Positions 1-10,922 of a DNA stretch of 64,000 nucleotides are shown in pieces. The translations under genes were made by a program, and so were the position numbers. Origin of the DNA: an uncultured cyanobacterium (GTDB lineage: Bacteria > Cyanobacteriota > Cyanobacteriia > Phormidesmidales > Phormidesmidaceae). Under the pieces are notes generated by a model, which saw only the letters and a program-made list of their open reading frames with translations, searched no databases and had not been told where the DNA came from. The stretch is from NCBI GenBank assembly GCA_963793265.1, contig CAWBZI010000006.1, positions 320,001-384,000 on the forward strand, read 5' to 3'. Every line of letters begins with the position of its first letter. Position 1 is the first letter of the stretch.

Positions 1-536
1 TGCAAAAAGTCACGAGCCTGCTGCTGTTTCTGTGGCGCAATTTCTATCGCCAGCAAGGAACCAGCCTGCTGACCGTTGGCCTCGTCTAAGTCAATATCTG
101 TATCGGTAAAGGCATAGGTCACTTCATTGCCAATCCAGGGCGCAATGTCTAAGTCGTAGTCGAGCCCGGTGTTTTTAAGCAGGCTTTGCTTAAGCTGATC
201 GACGTCTTGAAGCACTTGCGATCGCCCCTCGGGCGAAACCATCGCCTGCTGCAAGCTCACAAGCTTTTCGGGCTTTGTGAGCAGCGATAGGGTAAACGGC
301 GAATAGGCCGGGACAAAAGCCGTCGCAGCGGCAATGGGGCGATCGCCGCCTGAAAGCAGCGCCAGCGGACTATTTGCTATTAAGTACCCGTAGCCAACAC
401 CCCCTAAAGACCAAAACACCAAAACAAAAGCGAGCAAGCCCACAAAGAACTTACTCGCAAAAAACCGACGAACCGAACGATTCGACCCATCATCTGGCGC
501 ATTGTTTGGCTTATTATCTGGCGCAGCAGCCGTCAT
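1..536 (-). CDS. DUF3352-like membrane-anchored protein, 5' part (runs off window start)
   Basis: Manual translation from ATG 536: MTAAAPDNKP...FFVGLLAFVLVFWSLGGVGYGYLIANSPLALL...GLDYDLDIAPWIGNEVTYA. N-terminal TM helix plus a 'DIxPWxGxEVT' motif typical of cyanobacterial DUF3352. Confidence 0.7.
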   Translation of the reverse strand, partial: MTAAAPDNKPNNAPDDGSNRSVRRFFASKFFVGLLAFVLVFWSLGGVGYGYLIANSPLALLSGGDRPIAAATAFVPAYSPFTLSLLTKPEKLVSLQQAMVSPEGRSQVLQDVDQLKQSLLKNTGLDYDLDIAPWIGNEVTYAFTDTDIDLDEANGQQAGSLLAIEIAPQKQQQARDFL

Positions 537-593
537 AACCTGTGACCTGTCAAATGACCGTTCACTCAAGTCTATAATGCTGCGCCTATCTTC

Positions 594-1199
594 CTAGTCC
601 AAATCTTCGTTACGCCATACCGCAACTAGCCGCCCGTCGATATGCACATCCTCAGCCGGATAGTGCATCGGTTCAAACCTCGGATTGGCAGGCTTAAGCA
701 CAACGGTATCTTCTTCAAGATGGTAGTACTTAAGCGTCGTTGTAGACTCCACCCGAGCGGCCACGATAGTGCCATTACGGATACGAGAAGGCTCTGGCAC
801 CTTACGCATAATCACAATGTCGCCATCGTCAATCAGCGCTTCTATCATCGAGTCGCCGCGAACCTTAAGGGCAAAATCTCCCCCTTTAAAGGCAAGTGAA
901 GCGGGGTTGAAATGTTCTACGGTGTCGGTAAAGGCTTCTACCATAGAACCGGCTGCGATCGCGCCAAAAATAGGCACGCCCTGTGACTCCTGCAAAATCC
1001 GAATAGTACGGGCCTTACCTTCTGTCCAGTCAATATATTCTTTATTGCGCAAATGCTCTAACCGGCTCTGAATGGGCGCTGGCGACTTCAGCTTCATCGC
1101 CCGCATCATCTGCCGAATAGAGGGAGAATGACGATTGACTCGAATATATTGTACTAGCCAGTCGTAAAGCTCCTGTTGGGCTGTCGTCAAAGATTCCAT
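594..1199 (-). CDS. lexA: SOS repressor LexA
   Basis: Winged HTH (PSIRQM...SPAPIQSRLEHL...KARTIRIL), Ala-Gly cleavage site (AIAAG), catalytic Ser (GDSM) and Lys (TTLK). ATG at 1199 preferred over the track start. Confidence 0.96.
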   Translation of the reverse strand: MESLTTAQQELYDWLVQYIRVNRHSPSIRQMMRAMKLKSPAPIQSRLEHLRNKEYIDWTEGKARTIRILQESQGVPIFGAIAAGSMVEAFTDTVEHFNPASLAFKGGDFALKVRGDSMIEALIDDGDIVIMRKVPEPSRIRNGTIVAARVESTTTLKYYHLEEDTVVLKPANPRFEPMHYPAEDVHIDGRLVAVWRNEDLD

Positions 1200-1224
1200 C
1201 ACAATTTCTCGGGCTATCAACTAC

Positions 1225-1247
1225 ATACTAATAAGAACAACCGTACC
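1225..1247 (-). promoter_or_regulatory. Cyanobacterial LexA box (1234-1247) next to a -10 element TAGTAT (1225-1230)
   Basis: Minus strand reads GGTACGGTTGTTCT-TAT-TAGTAT, matching RGTAC-N3-DGTWCB. Confidence 0.85.
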
Positions 1248-1364
1248 AATTCCCACGGATTTTGTCCATAGATTTGTCCTCAGGTGTTCCTTCACCCAGC
1301 GCACACGCTGCTAGGTGTTCATACTGAAGGGCTCCAAGCGTTGTATAGAAAAGTAACGTCCACT

Positions 1365-1401
1365 AAAAAAGGAGACTTTGGTTAGTACAAAGTCTCCTTT
1401 T
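1365..1401 (-). terminator. Intrinsic terminator after sigA
   Basis: aaaaaaggagactttg-gttagta-caaagtctcctttt inverted repeat with T-runs. Confidence 0.85.
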
Positions 1402-1440
1402 ATTTAGGCGTTAAGCATCCAGCGATTGGCAAGCATTATC

Positions 1441-2673
1441 CTAACGGATATACTCTTTCAGAACGCTGTTGCGATTAGGATGACGTAGCTTGCGCAAAGC
1501 CTTTGCCTCAATTTGACGAATGCGCTCACGCGTCACATTAAAGATTTGGCCGATCTCTTCTAAGGTCTTCATGCGACCGTCGTCTAGGCCGTAGCGCAGA
1601 CGCAGCACATCGCGCTCGCGAGGGCTTAGCGTGCTCAATACGCTCTCAAGGTCTTCGCGCAGCAGGCTCTTAGACACTTCATCTTCCGGCGTTTCGCCAT
1701 CCGACTCAATAAAGTCACCCAGGCGAGAGTCCTCTTCTTTACCAATTGGCGTTTCAAGAGAAATCGGTAGCTGCGCAGACTTAGCAATAAAGCGCAGCTT
1801 CTCAATGGTCATTTCCATCCGAGTTGCAATCTCTTCTTCAGTCGGCTTGCGACCTAGCTCTTGAGAAAGCAGCTTGGTGGTCTTTTTGATGCGAGAGATG
1901 GTTTCGTAGAGGTGAACAGGCAGGCGAATAGTACGTGACTGGTCAGCGATCGCCCGCGTAATCGCCTGACGAATCCACCAGGTTGCATAGGTAGAGAACT
2001 TGTAGCCCTTCTCATGGTCAAACTTTTCAGCAGCGCGAATTAGGCCCAAGCTACCTTCTTGAATCAGGTCTTGAAAAGATAGCCCCCGGTTCATGTACTT
2101 TTTAGCAATCGATACGACCAGTCGCAGGTTCGATTGAACCATTTTGTCTTTGGCGCGGCGGCCCAAGTGCAGACGGCGGCGGAATGCAGGTAGCGGCATG
2201 TCCACAGCATTGGCCCAGTCAGCATCCGTAGGCTCATCTTCTAGCTGATCGTCAATTTCATCGCGAATTCTCTCTAGCTCTAGCAAATCTGCAATCTTAC
2301 GAGCCAGCTCAATCTCTTCTTCGGCGCGTAGCAAACGAATGCGGCCAATCTCTTGCAAATACAGCCGAATAGAGTCTTCTGTGTAGTGCTTTTTCTTAGT
2401 TTGAGCAGTCCGACGCCGCGTTGTCTTTTTTGCAGTGTCTTTCTTGGCAGTATCTTTAGACGCTTTGGCAGTACTTTTCTCGCTCGCCTTAGTCGTCTTA
2501 GTCTTCTTAGCGGTTCCCTTTTTGGCTTTCGTCGCGGTCGCTGAACCTTTATCTGTCAAATCTATCGATGCTGCCTTACGAGTAGTTTTTGCTTTCCCGG
2601 TAGCCGCTGTCGTCACTGCAACGCTCTCAATACTGGGTTCTAAAGTTTCAACTGTGTTGTTAGCCTGGGTCAT
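1441..2673 (-). CDS. sigA: Principal (group 1) RNA polymerase sigma factor
   Basis: [82 protein letters not shown]. Confidence 0.96.
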   Translation of the reverse strand: MTQANNTVETLEPSIESVAVTTAATGKAKTTRKAASIDLTDKGSATATKAKKGTAKKTKTTKASEKSTAKASKDTAKKDTAKKTTRRRTAQTKKKHYTEDSIRLYLQEIGRIRLLRAEEEIELARKIADLLELERIRDEIDDQLEDEPTDADWANAVDMPLPAFRRRLHLGRRAKDKMVQSNLRLVVSIAKKYMNRGLSFQDLIQEGSLGLIRAAEKFDHEKGYKFSTYATWWIRQAITRAIADQSRTIRLPVHLYETISRIKKTTKLLSQELGRKPTEEEIATRMEMTIEKLRFIAKSAQLPISLETPIGKEEDSRLGDFIESDGETPEDEVSKSLLREDLESVLSTLSPRERDVLRLRYGLDDGRMKTLEEIGQIFNVTRERIRQIEAKALRKLRHPNRNSVLKEYIR

Positions 2674-3354
2674 GCCGCGTTCCTCTTGCTCCTTAGCTTA
2701 TAGGTGAATAAGTCAGGTTGAATAATTCAGGGTTGGCAGATATCTATAGATGGTTTTGCCGGAGGGGTTAAGCCTGGGCATTTTTATCTGTAGAAGTTGC
2801 CTGTCGTTATGTAGTTCACGTGTGTGATGGTGAATGAATCGCCAAAGGGACTTTTACTTGTGCCCGTTTTAGCAGTTCAAGCTCTGTTTCAAGCTGAGGT
2901 CTTTTCCGAGCACTTATCTAACCGTCTATCTAGCTGAGAATCGCAGTAGGGTTATCGCTAGTTTTCTACCCAGCGGTACATAGGCCAGCAGGCCAAGTCG
3001 ACTCAAACTATTGAAGGGAAAGTGTGTGGAAGTAAGACTGCTTCAAAAACTTTCGGGTGAAAATGTGTACTTAGATATGCGCCTCAGGGAATTTACTGAA
3101 CCTAGTTAGCGGCTTGCGAGCTGAACTCGCCTACCAACCTACCTGCTTAGCTATCGGACGGCCGCGCTGAAAAGAGGCTACCCACTAATCAAGTAAATTT
3201 AAACTGTTCTCATCAGAGCCCTACAGATTGTAGCTTTCTAGACAAGATTTCACCACTTCCAGTTCCGTCACACACCACCTTTGTAAATGTGCTGTGTTTC
3301 TACAGTGTTAACACGTACTGATCAAAATATGCCAGATTTTGATGCTAATTGTGC

Positions 3355-3370
3355 TGTGATCTAAGTCATA
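3355..3370. promoter_or_regulatory. Putative CRP-type site
   Basis: TGTGA-tctaag-TCATA, one mismatch from TGTGA-N6-TCACA. Confidence 0.45.
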
Positions 3371-3684
3371 TTCACACCTGAGAAAATTATAGATAAAGCT
3401 GACTAACGACTTATGTAGCCTGCATTTCGTCTATCCTTTAAACGCCGTAGCCTCCGTATATATAGGCAGAAGTTTTGCTAGTGCGTTAGTTTTTTAAACG
3501 CTAAATCTCTTAATATTCTTTTTTAAAAAGATTTTTTTAGTGTCTAATTGTACAGATCATTAGATTAACTTATGTATTAGTTTTTCTTTTCATATCGAGA
3601 AAGAAAACCAGGTTCTACATCAGTTAACTCGTACTTTCTATGCGAATCTAGCGGCTCTAAAGCGTACTTAAAGCCCTGAAAAAT

Positions 3685-4083
3685 CTATGCTGGCTGAAGG
3701 CATTTTTGCTTTGCCATCGCTGACTCGTTCAGAGAACTTAGAACGTCTGTGCTCATGGGCGTCACAAAAAAGCCATCAATTTCAGGGCTACCTATTTGAG
3801 GCTCCCATATCAGATCGCTAGACTCGTTAAGCGAGACAATCACAATCGCTTCTGGCTGAACGCTTTGCCTAATTTGCTGCGCAACTCTAGGGGATGACCA
3901 AGTTTGGCTGTTCTCACCGGAGAGAATAACGAGGTAGGGAGGGTTTGCTTGAGCTGTTGCGATCGCCATCTCGGGCGAGTCAGCAATGACCATCGGACAG
4001 CGAATAATTTCGTTGTTTTGCAGGTCACCCGGCATCTGGCCAATGATTAAAACGTAGTCCTGTGGGTGGAGCATAGATCGCAA
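3685..4083 (-). CDS. Hypothetical degenerate receiver-domain protein (start may be ATG 4074)
   Basis: Receiver-like pattern (VLIIG..., AIATAQANPPYLVIL, IVIVSL, IDGFFVTPM) without the phospho-Asp or the conserved Lys. Confidence 0.55.
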   Translation of the reverse strand: MRSMLHPQDYVLIIGQMPGDLQNNEIIRCPMVIADSPEMAIATAQANPPYLVILSGENSQTWSSPRVAQQIRQSVQPEAIVIVSLNESSDLIWEPQIGSPEIDGFFVTPMSTDVLSSLNESAMAKQKCLQPA

Positions 4084-4238
4084 GCCAGCTTTACAATATC
4101 TCTGCCTTTACTATGAACGGGCCGCTGATACTCAACGGCCCAATGAAAACCTTCTTATTGAGTGTTATCAAAAGTAAGTAGTCTGAGCCGGTCTAGCGCC
4201 TGAAAAGACATGTTTCGCAATCTGGTCAGGAAATCTGG

Positions 4239-4961
4239 TTATGGGGACAGGCGGGCTTTTTTGAGGCGGTTGGTTTCGTACCATTGGGCGATCGCAGGCA
4301 CCCATTCTTGAAAGTGCGGCCAAATGGCTTCACATAGCTTTTGCGCCTCTAGCTGCGCGTCTGCTTTCCACCGCAGGTCTAGCAGGTGCATCAGCGAGCG
4401 GGCATTTGCCGAAAGCACCCAATGCTGCCGCACGTCAAAGGGAATCAGCCCCCGAGCGTGTTCCTCAGAGAAGCCCTGATCGATTCGGGTTTTATAGCGC
4501 TTACAGCCCTGTATGCACCACTCCAAATCCTGCTGGCGAAGCTCTTCGGTATATTCGTACTTCTTACCCTGACGGTCGGTATAAGCGCCTAAAGGCCGCA
4601 GGTAAAAAACATCCTCTACGTCAGTTTTACCTTTCGCCACATCCAGAATTCGAGAGCCTGTATATCTGAAAGATTGCACATCAAAACTTAATCCGACCCG
4701 ATGAGTGCGAATTTGCTGCATGGTGGAGTGAGGAAAAAAGCCGCAGTTGAGCACAATTTGAGGGTGCTCTAGGGGGCCGAAGTGGCCGCGTCCGCCTTTG
4801 AGAAGGTTACGGATGACTAGCTCGCCTGCTTTTTCTTCACAGGGCCATTCATCGCGCTTGTCCCAAACGAATTCCTCGGCATAGTCTTGGTGCATTCCAG
4901 CGTAGATGGTCTGCTGAGGATTGGGGGTTTTTGAAATGACTTCGACTCTGAAGCGATCCAT
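4239..4961 (-). CDS. thyX: FAD-dependent thymidylate synthase
   Basis: GHFGPLEH, QIRTHRVGLSFDVQSFRY, ARSLMHLLDLR...AQLEAQ. Confidence 0.95.
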   Translation of the reverse strand: MDRFRVEVISKTPNPQQTIYAGMHQDYAEEFVWDKRDEWPCEEKAGELVIRNLLKGGRGHFGPLEHPQIVLNCGFFPHSTMQQIRTHRVGLSFDVQSFRYTGSRILDVAKGKTDVEDVFYLRPLGAYTDRQGKKYEYTEELRQQDLEWCIQGCKRYKTRIDQGFSEEHARGLIPFDVRQHWVLSANARSLMHLLDLRWKADAQLEAQKLCEAIWPHFQEWVPAIAQWYETNRLKKARLSP

Positions 4962-5147
4962 AGAAGTAGCAAAAAATTAGCGGACAGGGCGTTTCATTTT
5001 CCTCCTTTTGGCCTAGCAGAAAAAATAAAAACATAATTTTTATAGATGATGGGTCTACGAACAATGTTCAGCCGGTTTTCTGCCCTTTAGCAAAGCGGGC
5101 ATAGCCGTTAAAATAGGAGCAGTTGATAGATCAATTGAAGGAAATAT

Positions 5148-5816
5148 ATGGCATTTTTTGGAATGGGCAACGGTAAAAAAGACGCGATGCCGAGTGCTCA
5201 AGACGCATTGCCTGGGCGCGATAAGAAAATAGCTGTCCCAGAGAAGCACTACGTAAATGGTAATAAGCTTGAAGCCCCTTTCCCTGAAGGCACAGAGCTG
5301 GCTATGTTTGGCTTGGGCTGCTTTTGGGGCGCTGAGCGTAAGTTTTGGCAAACCGAAGGCGTTTACAGCACTGCTGTCGGCTATGCCGCAGGATCTACGC
5401 CAAACCCGACCTATCGTGAGGTGTGCTCAGGCATGACGGGCCACAACGAGGTCGTACTGGTGGCTTACGATCCTAAAGTGGTGAGCTATGAAAAGCTGCT
5501 TAAGGTGTTTTGGGAAAGCCATAACCCCACCCAAGGAATGCGACAGGGTAACGACAGGGGCACTCAGTATCGCTCTGGAATCTATACCTTCTCTGACGAG
5601 CAGATGAAGGTAGCTAAGGAATCGCAGGAAATGTACCAAAAGGCTTTGACAGAAGCTGGTCATGGGCAAATCACCACTGAGGTTTTGCCTGCGCCTGAGT
5701 TCTACTACGCTGAAGACTACCATCAGCAGTATCTGGCTAAAAATCCCGGTGGCTACTGTGGTTTAGGCGGTGTTAATGTCTCCTGTCCGATTGGAGTAGG
5801 CGCAACCGCTTCTTAG
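5148..5816 (+). CDS. msrA: Peptide-methionine (S)-S-oxide reductase
   Basis: GCFWGAE active site, [21 protein letters not shown]. Confidence 0.97.
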   Translation: MAFFGMGNGKKDAMPSAQDALPGRDKKIAVPEKHYVNGNKLEAPFPEGTELAMFGLGCFWGAERKFWQTEGVYSTAVGYAAGSTPNPTYREVCSGMTGHNEVVLVAYDPKVVSYEKLLKVFWESHNPTQGMRQGNDRGTQYRSGIYTFSDEQMKVAKESQEMYQKALTEAGHGQITTEVLPAPEFYYAEDYHQQYLAKNPGGYCGLGGVNVSCPIGVGATAS

Positions 5817-5895
5817 GTTCGTCACTCACGTTTCGCTTAGCCGTTTGAATGAAGCAAACTAAATAAGTGACAGCAGCGCCACGGTGGATTTTAAA

Positions 5896-6918
5896 CTATT
5901 CGCTGTGGCGTTTTTGGTGCCATTGCCAGGCATGAGTGATGATGTTTTCAAGATCAGGATACTGAGGTGTCCAGTTAAGAACCCGCTGTGCTCTTTCACT
6001 GGTGCCTACCAGGCTCGGTGGATCGCCAGGGCGGCGATCGCACTCCACCGCCCTAATTTCTTTCCCAGTCACCTGACGCGCCGTCTCAATTACCTCTTTC
6101 ACCGTAAAGCCGCTGCCATTCCCCAGGTTAAAGAAGGACGTTTCGCCACCTGCTAGCAAATATTCGACGCCTTTTACGTGAGCTTCAGCTAAATCTGAAA
6201 CGTGAATGTAGTCGCGAATGCAGGTACCATCGCGCGTTTCGTAGTCGGTGCCAAAAATAGAAATGGAGTCGCGTTTGCCCAAAGCTGCGAAAAGAACCAG
6301 GGGGATCAGGTGCGTTTCGGGGTTGTGATCTTCGCCAAGACGGCCCTGGGGATCGGCTCCGGCAGCGTTGAAGTAGCGAAAGCAGACTGACTGTAGGCCG
6401 TATGCTGACTGGAAGTCGAGCAGGATTTTTTCCACCATTAGCTTACTGGTGGCGTAGGGACTGATGGGGTTTTGCGGATGATCTTCGGGAATCGGTACCG
6501 TTTTAGGCGGGCCGTAGATGGCGCAGGTGGAAGAGAACACAAGCCGCTTTACGCCTGCAGCAACCATCGCCTCTAGCAAATTAAGCGTGCCGTAGACGTT
6601 ATTTCGGTAGTACTTGGCAGGTTCGCTGACCGATTCACCCACCGCGATGTAGGCGGCAAAGTGCATCACTGCCGCGATGTTGTAGGTGCTAAATAGCTCG
6701 TCTAAAAGCGGGCGATCGGTGGTGTCGCCAATAATGATTTTGGCTTTGAGATGCTGTTCGACCAGCTCTTTGTGGCCGTATTCTAAGTTATCGAGAATAA
6801 CGGTTTGGTAGCCTGCTGATTCTAGCGCTAGTACCGCGTGAGAGCCGATGTAGCCTGCGCCGCCCGTGACGAGGACGGTTGGTTTATGAGAAGCTTTGGA
6901 AGGAGAGGCGATCGCCAT
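5896..6918 (-). CDS. galE: UDP-glucose 4-epimerase
   Basis: GGAGYIGSH, YxxxK (YATSK), RYFNAAGAD, RDYIHV. Confidence 0.95.
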   Translation of the reverse strand: MAIASPSKASHKPTVLVTGGAGYIGSHAVLALESAGYQTVILDNLEYGHKELVEQHLKAKIIIGDTTDRPLLDELFSTYNIAAVMHFAAYIAVGESVSEPAKYYRNNVYGTLNLLEAMVAAGVKRLVFSSTCAIYGPPKTVPIPEDHPQNPISPYATSKLMVEKILLDFQSAYGLQSVCFRYFNAAGADPQGRLGEDHNPETHLIPLVLFAALGKRDSISIFGTDYETRDGTCIRDYIHVSDLAEAHVKGVEYLLAGGETSFFNLGNGSGFTVKEVIETARQVTGKEIRAVECDRRPGDPPSLVGTSERAQRVLNWTPQYPDLENIITHAWQWHQKRHSE

Positions 6919-7083
6919 GACAGTAGCTAGTTAAAAATAACGACAAATACAAAGACCCAAGGCTATTAGATTATGAGCCCATGCGATCAATTTGACTGAG
7001 GCGATCACCCAACTTCATCCATTATTTTAGTTGCAGCATACGGAATCTTCAGATAGCTGTATGGATAGACGCAAGCGCAAAAG

Positions 7084-8265
7084 CTAAGAAGCGCAGAGCA
7101 CCATATTATCCCGATGAATCACCGTTTCTGCACCTTCATGTCCTAGCAGCCGAGCAATATCCGCCGAGCGATGCCCGCAAATCTTGCGCAAATCCTCATC
7201 GCTGTAGTTCACCAAGCCTCGCGCAATTTCCTGGCCGCCCTCGTCGCACAGCAGTACCGCATCCTGCACCGAAAATTCGCCCTCTACTTCGGTGATGCCT
7301 GCCGGTAGCAATGACTTGCCTGCTGACTGGATGGCCTTGATCGCACCCCCATCCAAATACAGCCGCCCCGCCGGGATCAAATTACCCGCAATCCAGCGCT
7401 TACGGGCCGTCGGCAGCTTAGATTGCGCCTCAAACAGCGTCCCAATCGGCTCACCCTGCACAACCTTGAGAATATTTTCAGGCGTTTGCCCCTGAATAAT
7501 TACGGTATGAGCACCCGCCGCCGTCGCAATCCGAGCGGCTTCTATTTTAGTTGCCATACCGCCTGTCCCCCAACTAGAGCCTGCCGCACCGATATCGGCA
7601 TCCAGCAAATTGATGTTGCGAACCCGGCTGATCGGCTTAGCCTCCGGGTCTTGACGTGGATCGGCAGAATAAAGCTGATCTACATCGGTGAGCAGAAACA
7701 AGTAGTCGGCAGATACCAGACTTGCAACCATGGCCGAGAGGGTATCGTTATCGCCAAACTTAAGCTCATCAACAGCAACCGTGTCGTTTTCATTAACGAT
7801 AGGAATAACGCCAAGCTGCGAGAGCTGGCGGAAGGTGCGATAGCTATTGACATAGCGCGATCGCTGAGCCAGGTCGCTGCGAGTCAGCAACACCTGAGCA
7901 ATCGGCTGATTGAGCGACGAGAACAAATCGTCATATACCCGCATCAAACGGCCCTGCCCAACCGCCGCCACCGCCTGCTTCAAAGCGATGGTCTTAGGTC
8001 TTTGAGTAATGCCCAGGCGAGCGCACCCTACGCCCACCGCACCTGAAGACACCAGTACGACGCTGTGCCCTAGCTGCTGTAGCTGACAAATCGTTTCAAC
8101 CAGGCTAGCGATCGTGGATAAAGCTAGGTGGCCAGTTTCTAATCGGGTCAGGCTAGACGTGCCGATTTTGATGACTAGCGTTTTAACGGGCGTTTTAACG
8201 GACGTTTTAGCGGGCGTTTTAGCGAGATTTGGGTCGTTGCCTGAAGACGTAGGCTGCTGAGGCAT
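7084..8265 (-). CDS. proB: Glutamate 5-kinase
   Basis: [33 protein letters not shown]-terminal PUA domain. Confidence 0.96.
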   Translation of the reverse strand: MPQQPTSSGNDPNLAKTPAKTSVKTPVKTLVIKIGTSSLTRLETGHLALSTIASLVETICQLQQLGHSVVLVSSGAVGVGCARLGITQRPKTIALKQAVAAVGQGRLMRVYDDLFSSLNQPIAQVLLTRSDLAQRSRYVNSYRTFRQLSQLGVIPIVNENDTVAVDELKFGDNDTLSAMVASLVSADYLFLLTDVDQLYSADPRQDPEAKPISRVRNINLLDADIGAAGSSWGTGGMATKIEAARIATAAGAHTVIIQGQTPENILKVVQGEPIGTLFEAQSKLPTARKRWIAGNLIPAGRLYLDGGAIKAIQSAGKSLLPAGITEVEGEFSVQDAVLLCDEGGQEIARGLVNYSDEDLRKICGHRSADIARLLGHEGAETVIHRDNMVLCAS

Positions 8266-8291
8266 GGCTTGTTTTGAAATTGAAAGGCATT

Positions 8292-8322
8292 AAAAAGGGG
8301 ACAGAAAATGCTTTCTGTCCCC
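8292..8322 (-). terminator. Terminator-like hairpin between yqeG and proB
   Basis: Minus strand ggggacagaaa-gcat-tttctgtcccc-ttttt. Confidence 0.7.
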
Positions 8323-8466
8323 GATATTATGATGAAATTTAGGCAGCTATTTTAAGGAAGACCTTCAATTAGTTTTTGGCCTTGAAATTATTTTCTCCAA
8401 TCTGTTAGCGTTTTGTCTTATCTATTAGATTTTCTTTATTTTTTAGCTTTACTCTCAAACAATTCC

Positions 8467-8979
8467 TCAGGCGAGCGTAACGCCTAGCCGCTGCGATATC
8501 CAAAATTCGGCATTGCGCAGTAGGTTTTTAGGATCTTTAGAGTTAGGCTCTAGCATGGGCTGAACCAAGATCGTGAACAGGCCAACACGGTTGCCTGCGA
8601 GTACATCAGTGAACAGGCGATCGCCCACCATTGCGATCACCTCAAACGGCAAGTTCATTTCTTCAGCCGCCTTCCGCAGCTTCTTACGCGACGGCTTACC
8701 GGCACTCGCGACAAAAGGCACACCGATGTTTTCAGCGATCGCCCGAATTCGCTCACGCCCCACGTTATTGCTTACCAGCGACACTGGCACCGCTGCCTGA
8801 ATTTCTTTAATCCACACTTCCACATCTGGCGAAAGATGCTTTTGACCTACTGGCACAATGGTTTCGTCTACATCCAGCACCAATCCCTTGAGCTTGCGAT
8901 CGCGAATCACATCTGGCGTGATGCCTAAAACCGATTGGCCCAAAACTAAATCAGGCTGTAGGAGAGTAATCCAGCTCAT
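8467..8979 (-). CDS. YqeG-family HAD IIIA phosphatase
   Basis: LDVDETI, VSNN, AGKP, MVGDRLFTDVLAGNR. Confidence 0.92.
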   Translation of the reverse strand: MSWITLLQPDLVLGQSVLGITPDVIRDRKLKGLVLDVDETIVPVGQKHLSPDVEVWIKEIQAAVPVSLVSNNVGRERIRAIAENIGVPFVASAGKPSRKKLRKAAEEMNLPFEVIAMVGDRLFTDVLAGNRVGLFTILVQPMLEPNSKDPKNLLRNAEFWISQRLGVTLA

Positions 8980-9055
8980 AGTGATCGCAGGTGAAATGTA
9001 GAGTTCAGAACTATTAAACCCTCTATTGAACGCCTATGTGAACTCTTGAGGCGGC

Positions 9056-10198
9056 CTAGCCATCTGAATTAGAGCGTGGAGACTCTGTTCTACGATTTTT
9101 AGGTTTTTGAGATCTAGATTCTCTGGCTTCAGCATCAACGCGATCGCGAATATCCCCTTGAGCCGATTCGTGCTGACCTAGCGTGCGACTAAACACATGA
9201 GTGCCGTCGTACCGAGCGACAAAATACAGATAGTCAGTGGGCGCAGGATCTAAAGAAGCCTGCAAACTAGCCACTCCAGGGCTTGCAATCGGCGTAGGCG
9301 TCAGCCCTGCATTCATATAGGTGTTGTAAGGATTAGGCGTTTCTACCTGCGCGTACGTCAGCGGGTTCTCAGGCGTTTGCACAATGCCCAGTCCATACTC
9401 CACCGTTGGATCAGAGCCCAACGTAATACCTTCTTCTAATCGACGCGCAAAAACGCTGGCAATCTGGTCGCGCTCTTCAGAGACAACGGCTTCTTTTTCG
9501 ACAATGCTCGCCAGCGTCACCCAGTCCAGAAGACCATAGTCGCTAGGCTGCGTTTCGTACACAGGCAAAGCGACTTCCTCAAAGCGTCGCAGCATAATGT
9601 CCACCAAATCCTGAGCATTGGTAACGCCGCTGTCTATTTGGTAGGTATCAGGATATAAAAAGCCTTCTAAATGAGGAATGCCTCTAGGTAGCCAGGAATA
9701 GCGCTCGTAAGGAATGTTTTCGGTAGCCGCTAAAAACTCATCTGCCGTCGTCAGCCCTTGCGCCTCAAAGCGCTCTGCCATCTGAGTACGGTTCCATCCT
9801 TCTGGAATCGTGAAGCTGGTTTGAACAACGTCGCCGCTCCAAATGATATCGGCAATTTCGCCTAAGCTCTGGTCGGGTGAGATAAGATAGCTTCCCGCCT
9901 GGACGCCGTTGCCTTCGCCGCGAAAAGACTTCCACCTATTTAGCAACTTCCACGCAGTTGTAGAGCGAATTAGCCCAGCACTTTCTAAGTCCTGTCCCAC
10001 CTGATTGGACGCCGTGCCCGGTGGAACCTGATACATCTGAGCAATGTCCCCTTCAACATCTTCACCTTCGCTCGCCAGCATTGGCGCTTTTGCCCAGCTC
10101 CACCAGGCCCAGCTTTGCCCTGCGACTAAGGCGGCTACGGCGAGCAGCACAATCGGAAAAAGACGTTTGGAGGCACGCATAATTACAAACTTAGCCAA
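9056..10198 (-). CDS. mltG: Endolytic transglycosylase MltG (start may be 10180)
   Basis: TM anchor, TIPEG, LEGFLYPDTY, LASIVEKE, SDPTVEY, PYNTY, YLYFV. Confidence 0.93.
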   Translation of the reverse strand: MAKFVIMRASKRLFPIVLLAVAALVAGQSWAWWSWAKAPMLASEGEDVEGDIAQMYQVPPGTASNQVGQDLESAGLIRSTTAWKLLNRWKSFRGEGNGVQAGSYLISPDQSLGEIADIIWSGDVVQTSFTIPEGWNRTQMAERFEAQGLTTADEFLAATENIPYERYSWLPRGIPHLEGFLYPDTYQIDSGVTNAQDLVDIMLRRFEEVALPVYETQPSDYGLLDWVTLASIVEKEAVVSEERDQIASVFARRLEEGITLGSDPTVEYGLGIVQTPENPLTYAQVETPNPYNTYMNAGLTPTPIASPGVASLQASLDPAPTDYLYFVARYDGTHVFSRTLGQHESAQGDIRDRVDAEARESRSQKPKNRRTESPRSNSDG

Positions 10199-10268
10199 AA
10201 GGGATGACTAAAATCTAAAGTGATCTTTGCAAACTTTACCAAAGCATTGTGAATTTGCGTAGAACTGT

Positions 10269-10856
10269 TTAATCGAGCACGTCGAATAGCTTGTCTTCTA
10301 GCTGCGATCGCATCTTCTGAAAATCGTCAGGGTCAACCAGCTCAACCGAGCCATCCTCCTGACGAGTCGCAAAAAACAGCAGCGGCTCTAGCGGCGTGCA
10401 AAGCGTGTACTGAGACTCGTTGTGAAAAAAGGTTGCCAGCATTTGAAAATCTTCCGTCATCGGCTCGCTATCTTCTTCGCTAATTTCCAAAGAAAAACAG
10501 TCCTCCTCATCAGCCTCAGGCAAATCGCCCACCGCCGTTAGCGTGTGCGCCGAACGCTCTAACAGCAAATCAAGCTCCGCGAGCACCGCTCTAGCAGAGG
10601 GGAACAAAGCGTCAATATCTTCGTCTTCGACATCAACTAAGACTTCTTCATCACCGTCTGCCGACTCATCTTCATCAGCGGCCTGCCACACGAACACCTC
10701 AATCGGCAAATCAACCGGCAGCAGCAGCAAAAAATCTACCCCATCCACATCCAGGGTCTTCTCCACGTAGCATGGCAGCTTGCGGCCCTCTTCGTCTGAG
10801 AGCGTGACGACGGGATACTCAGCGGGTTCATCAACTAAGTTCGAATCAAACTCCAT
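10269..10856 (-). CDS. DUF3727/DUF1292-type conserved cyanobacterial protein
   Basis: VTLSDEEGRKLPCYVE...LLLPVD...TLTAVGDLP...TPLEPLLFFA. Lies in the usual position between yqgF and mltG. Confidence 0.8.
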   Translation of the reverse strand: MEFDSNLVDEPAEYPVVTLSDEEGRKLPCYVEKTLDVDGVDFLLLLPVDLPIEVFVWQAADEDESADGDEEVLVDVEDEDIDALFPSARAVLAELDLLLERSAHTLTAVGDLPEADEEDCFSLEISEEDSEPMTEDFQMLATFFHNESQYTLCTPLEPLLFFATRQEDGSVELVDPDDFQKMRSQLEDKLFDVLD

Positions 10857-10922
10857 AGCAGCGGTTCCTCTTGAGTGTCGGGGGCGTGGGAATTTAGGCG
10901 TGGATGTAACTCGCAAGTCTCA

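Noticed and set aside
5057..5070. GAAC-aat-GTTC palindrome upstream of msrA as a LexA box
   Set aside because: The spacer is 3 nt rather than the 4 nt seen in the two accepted boxes.
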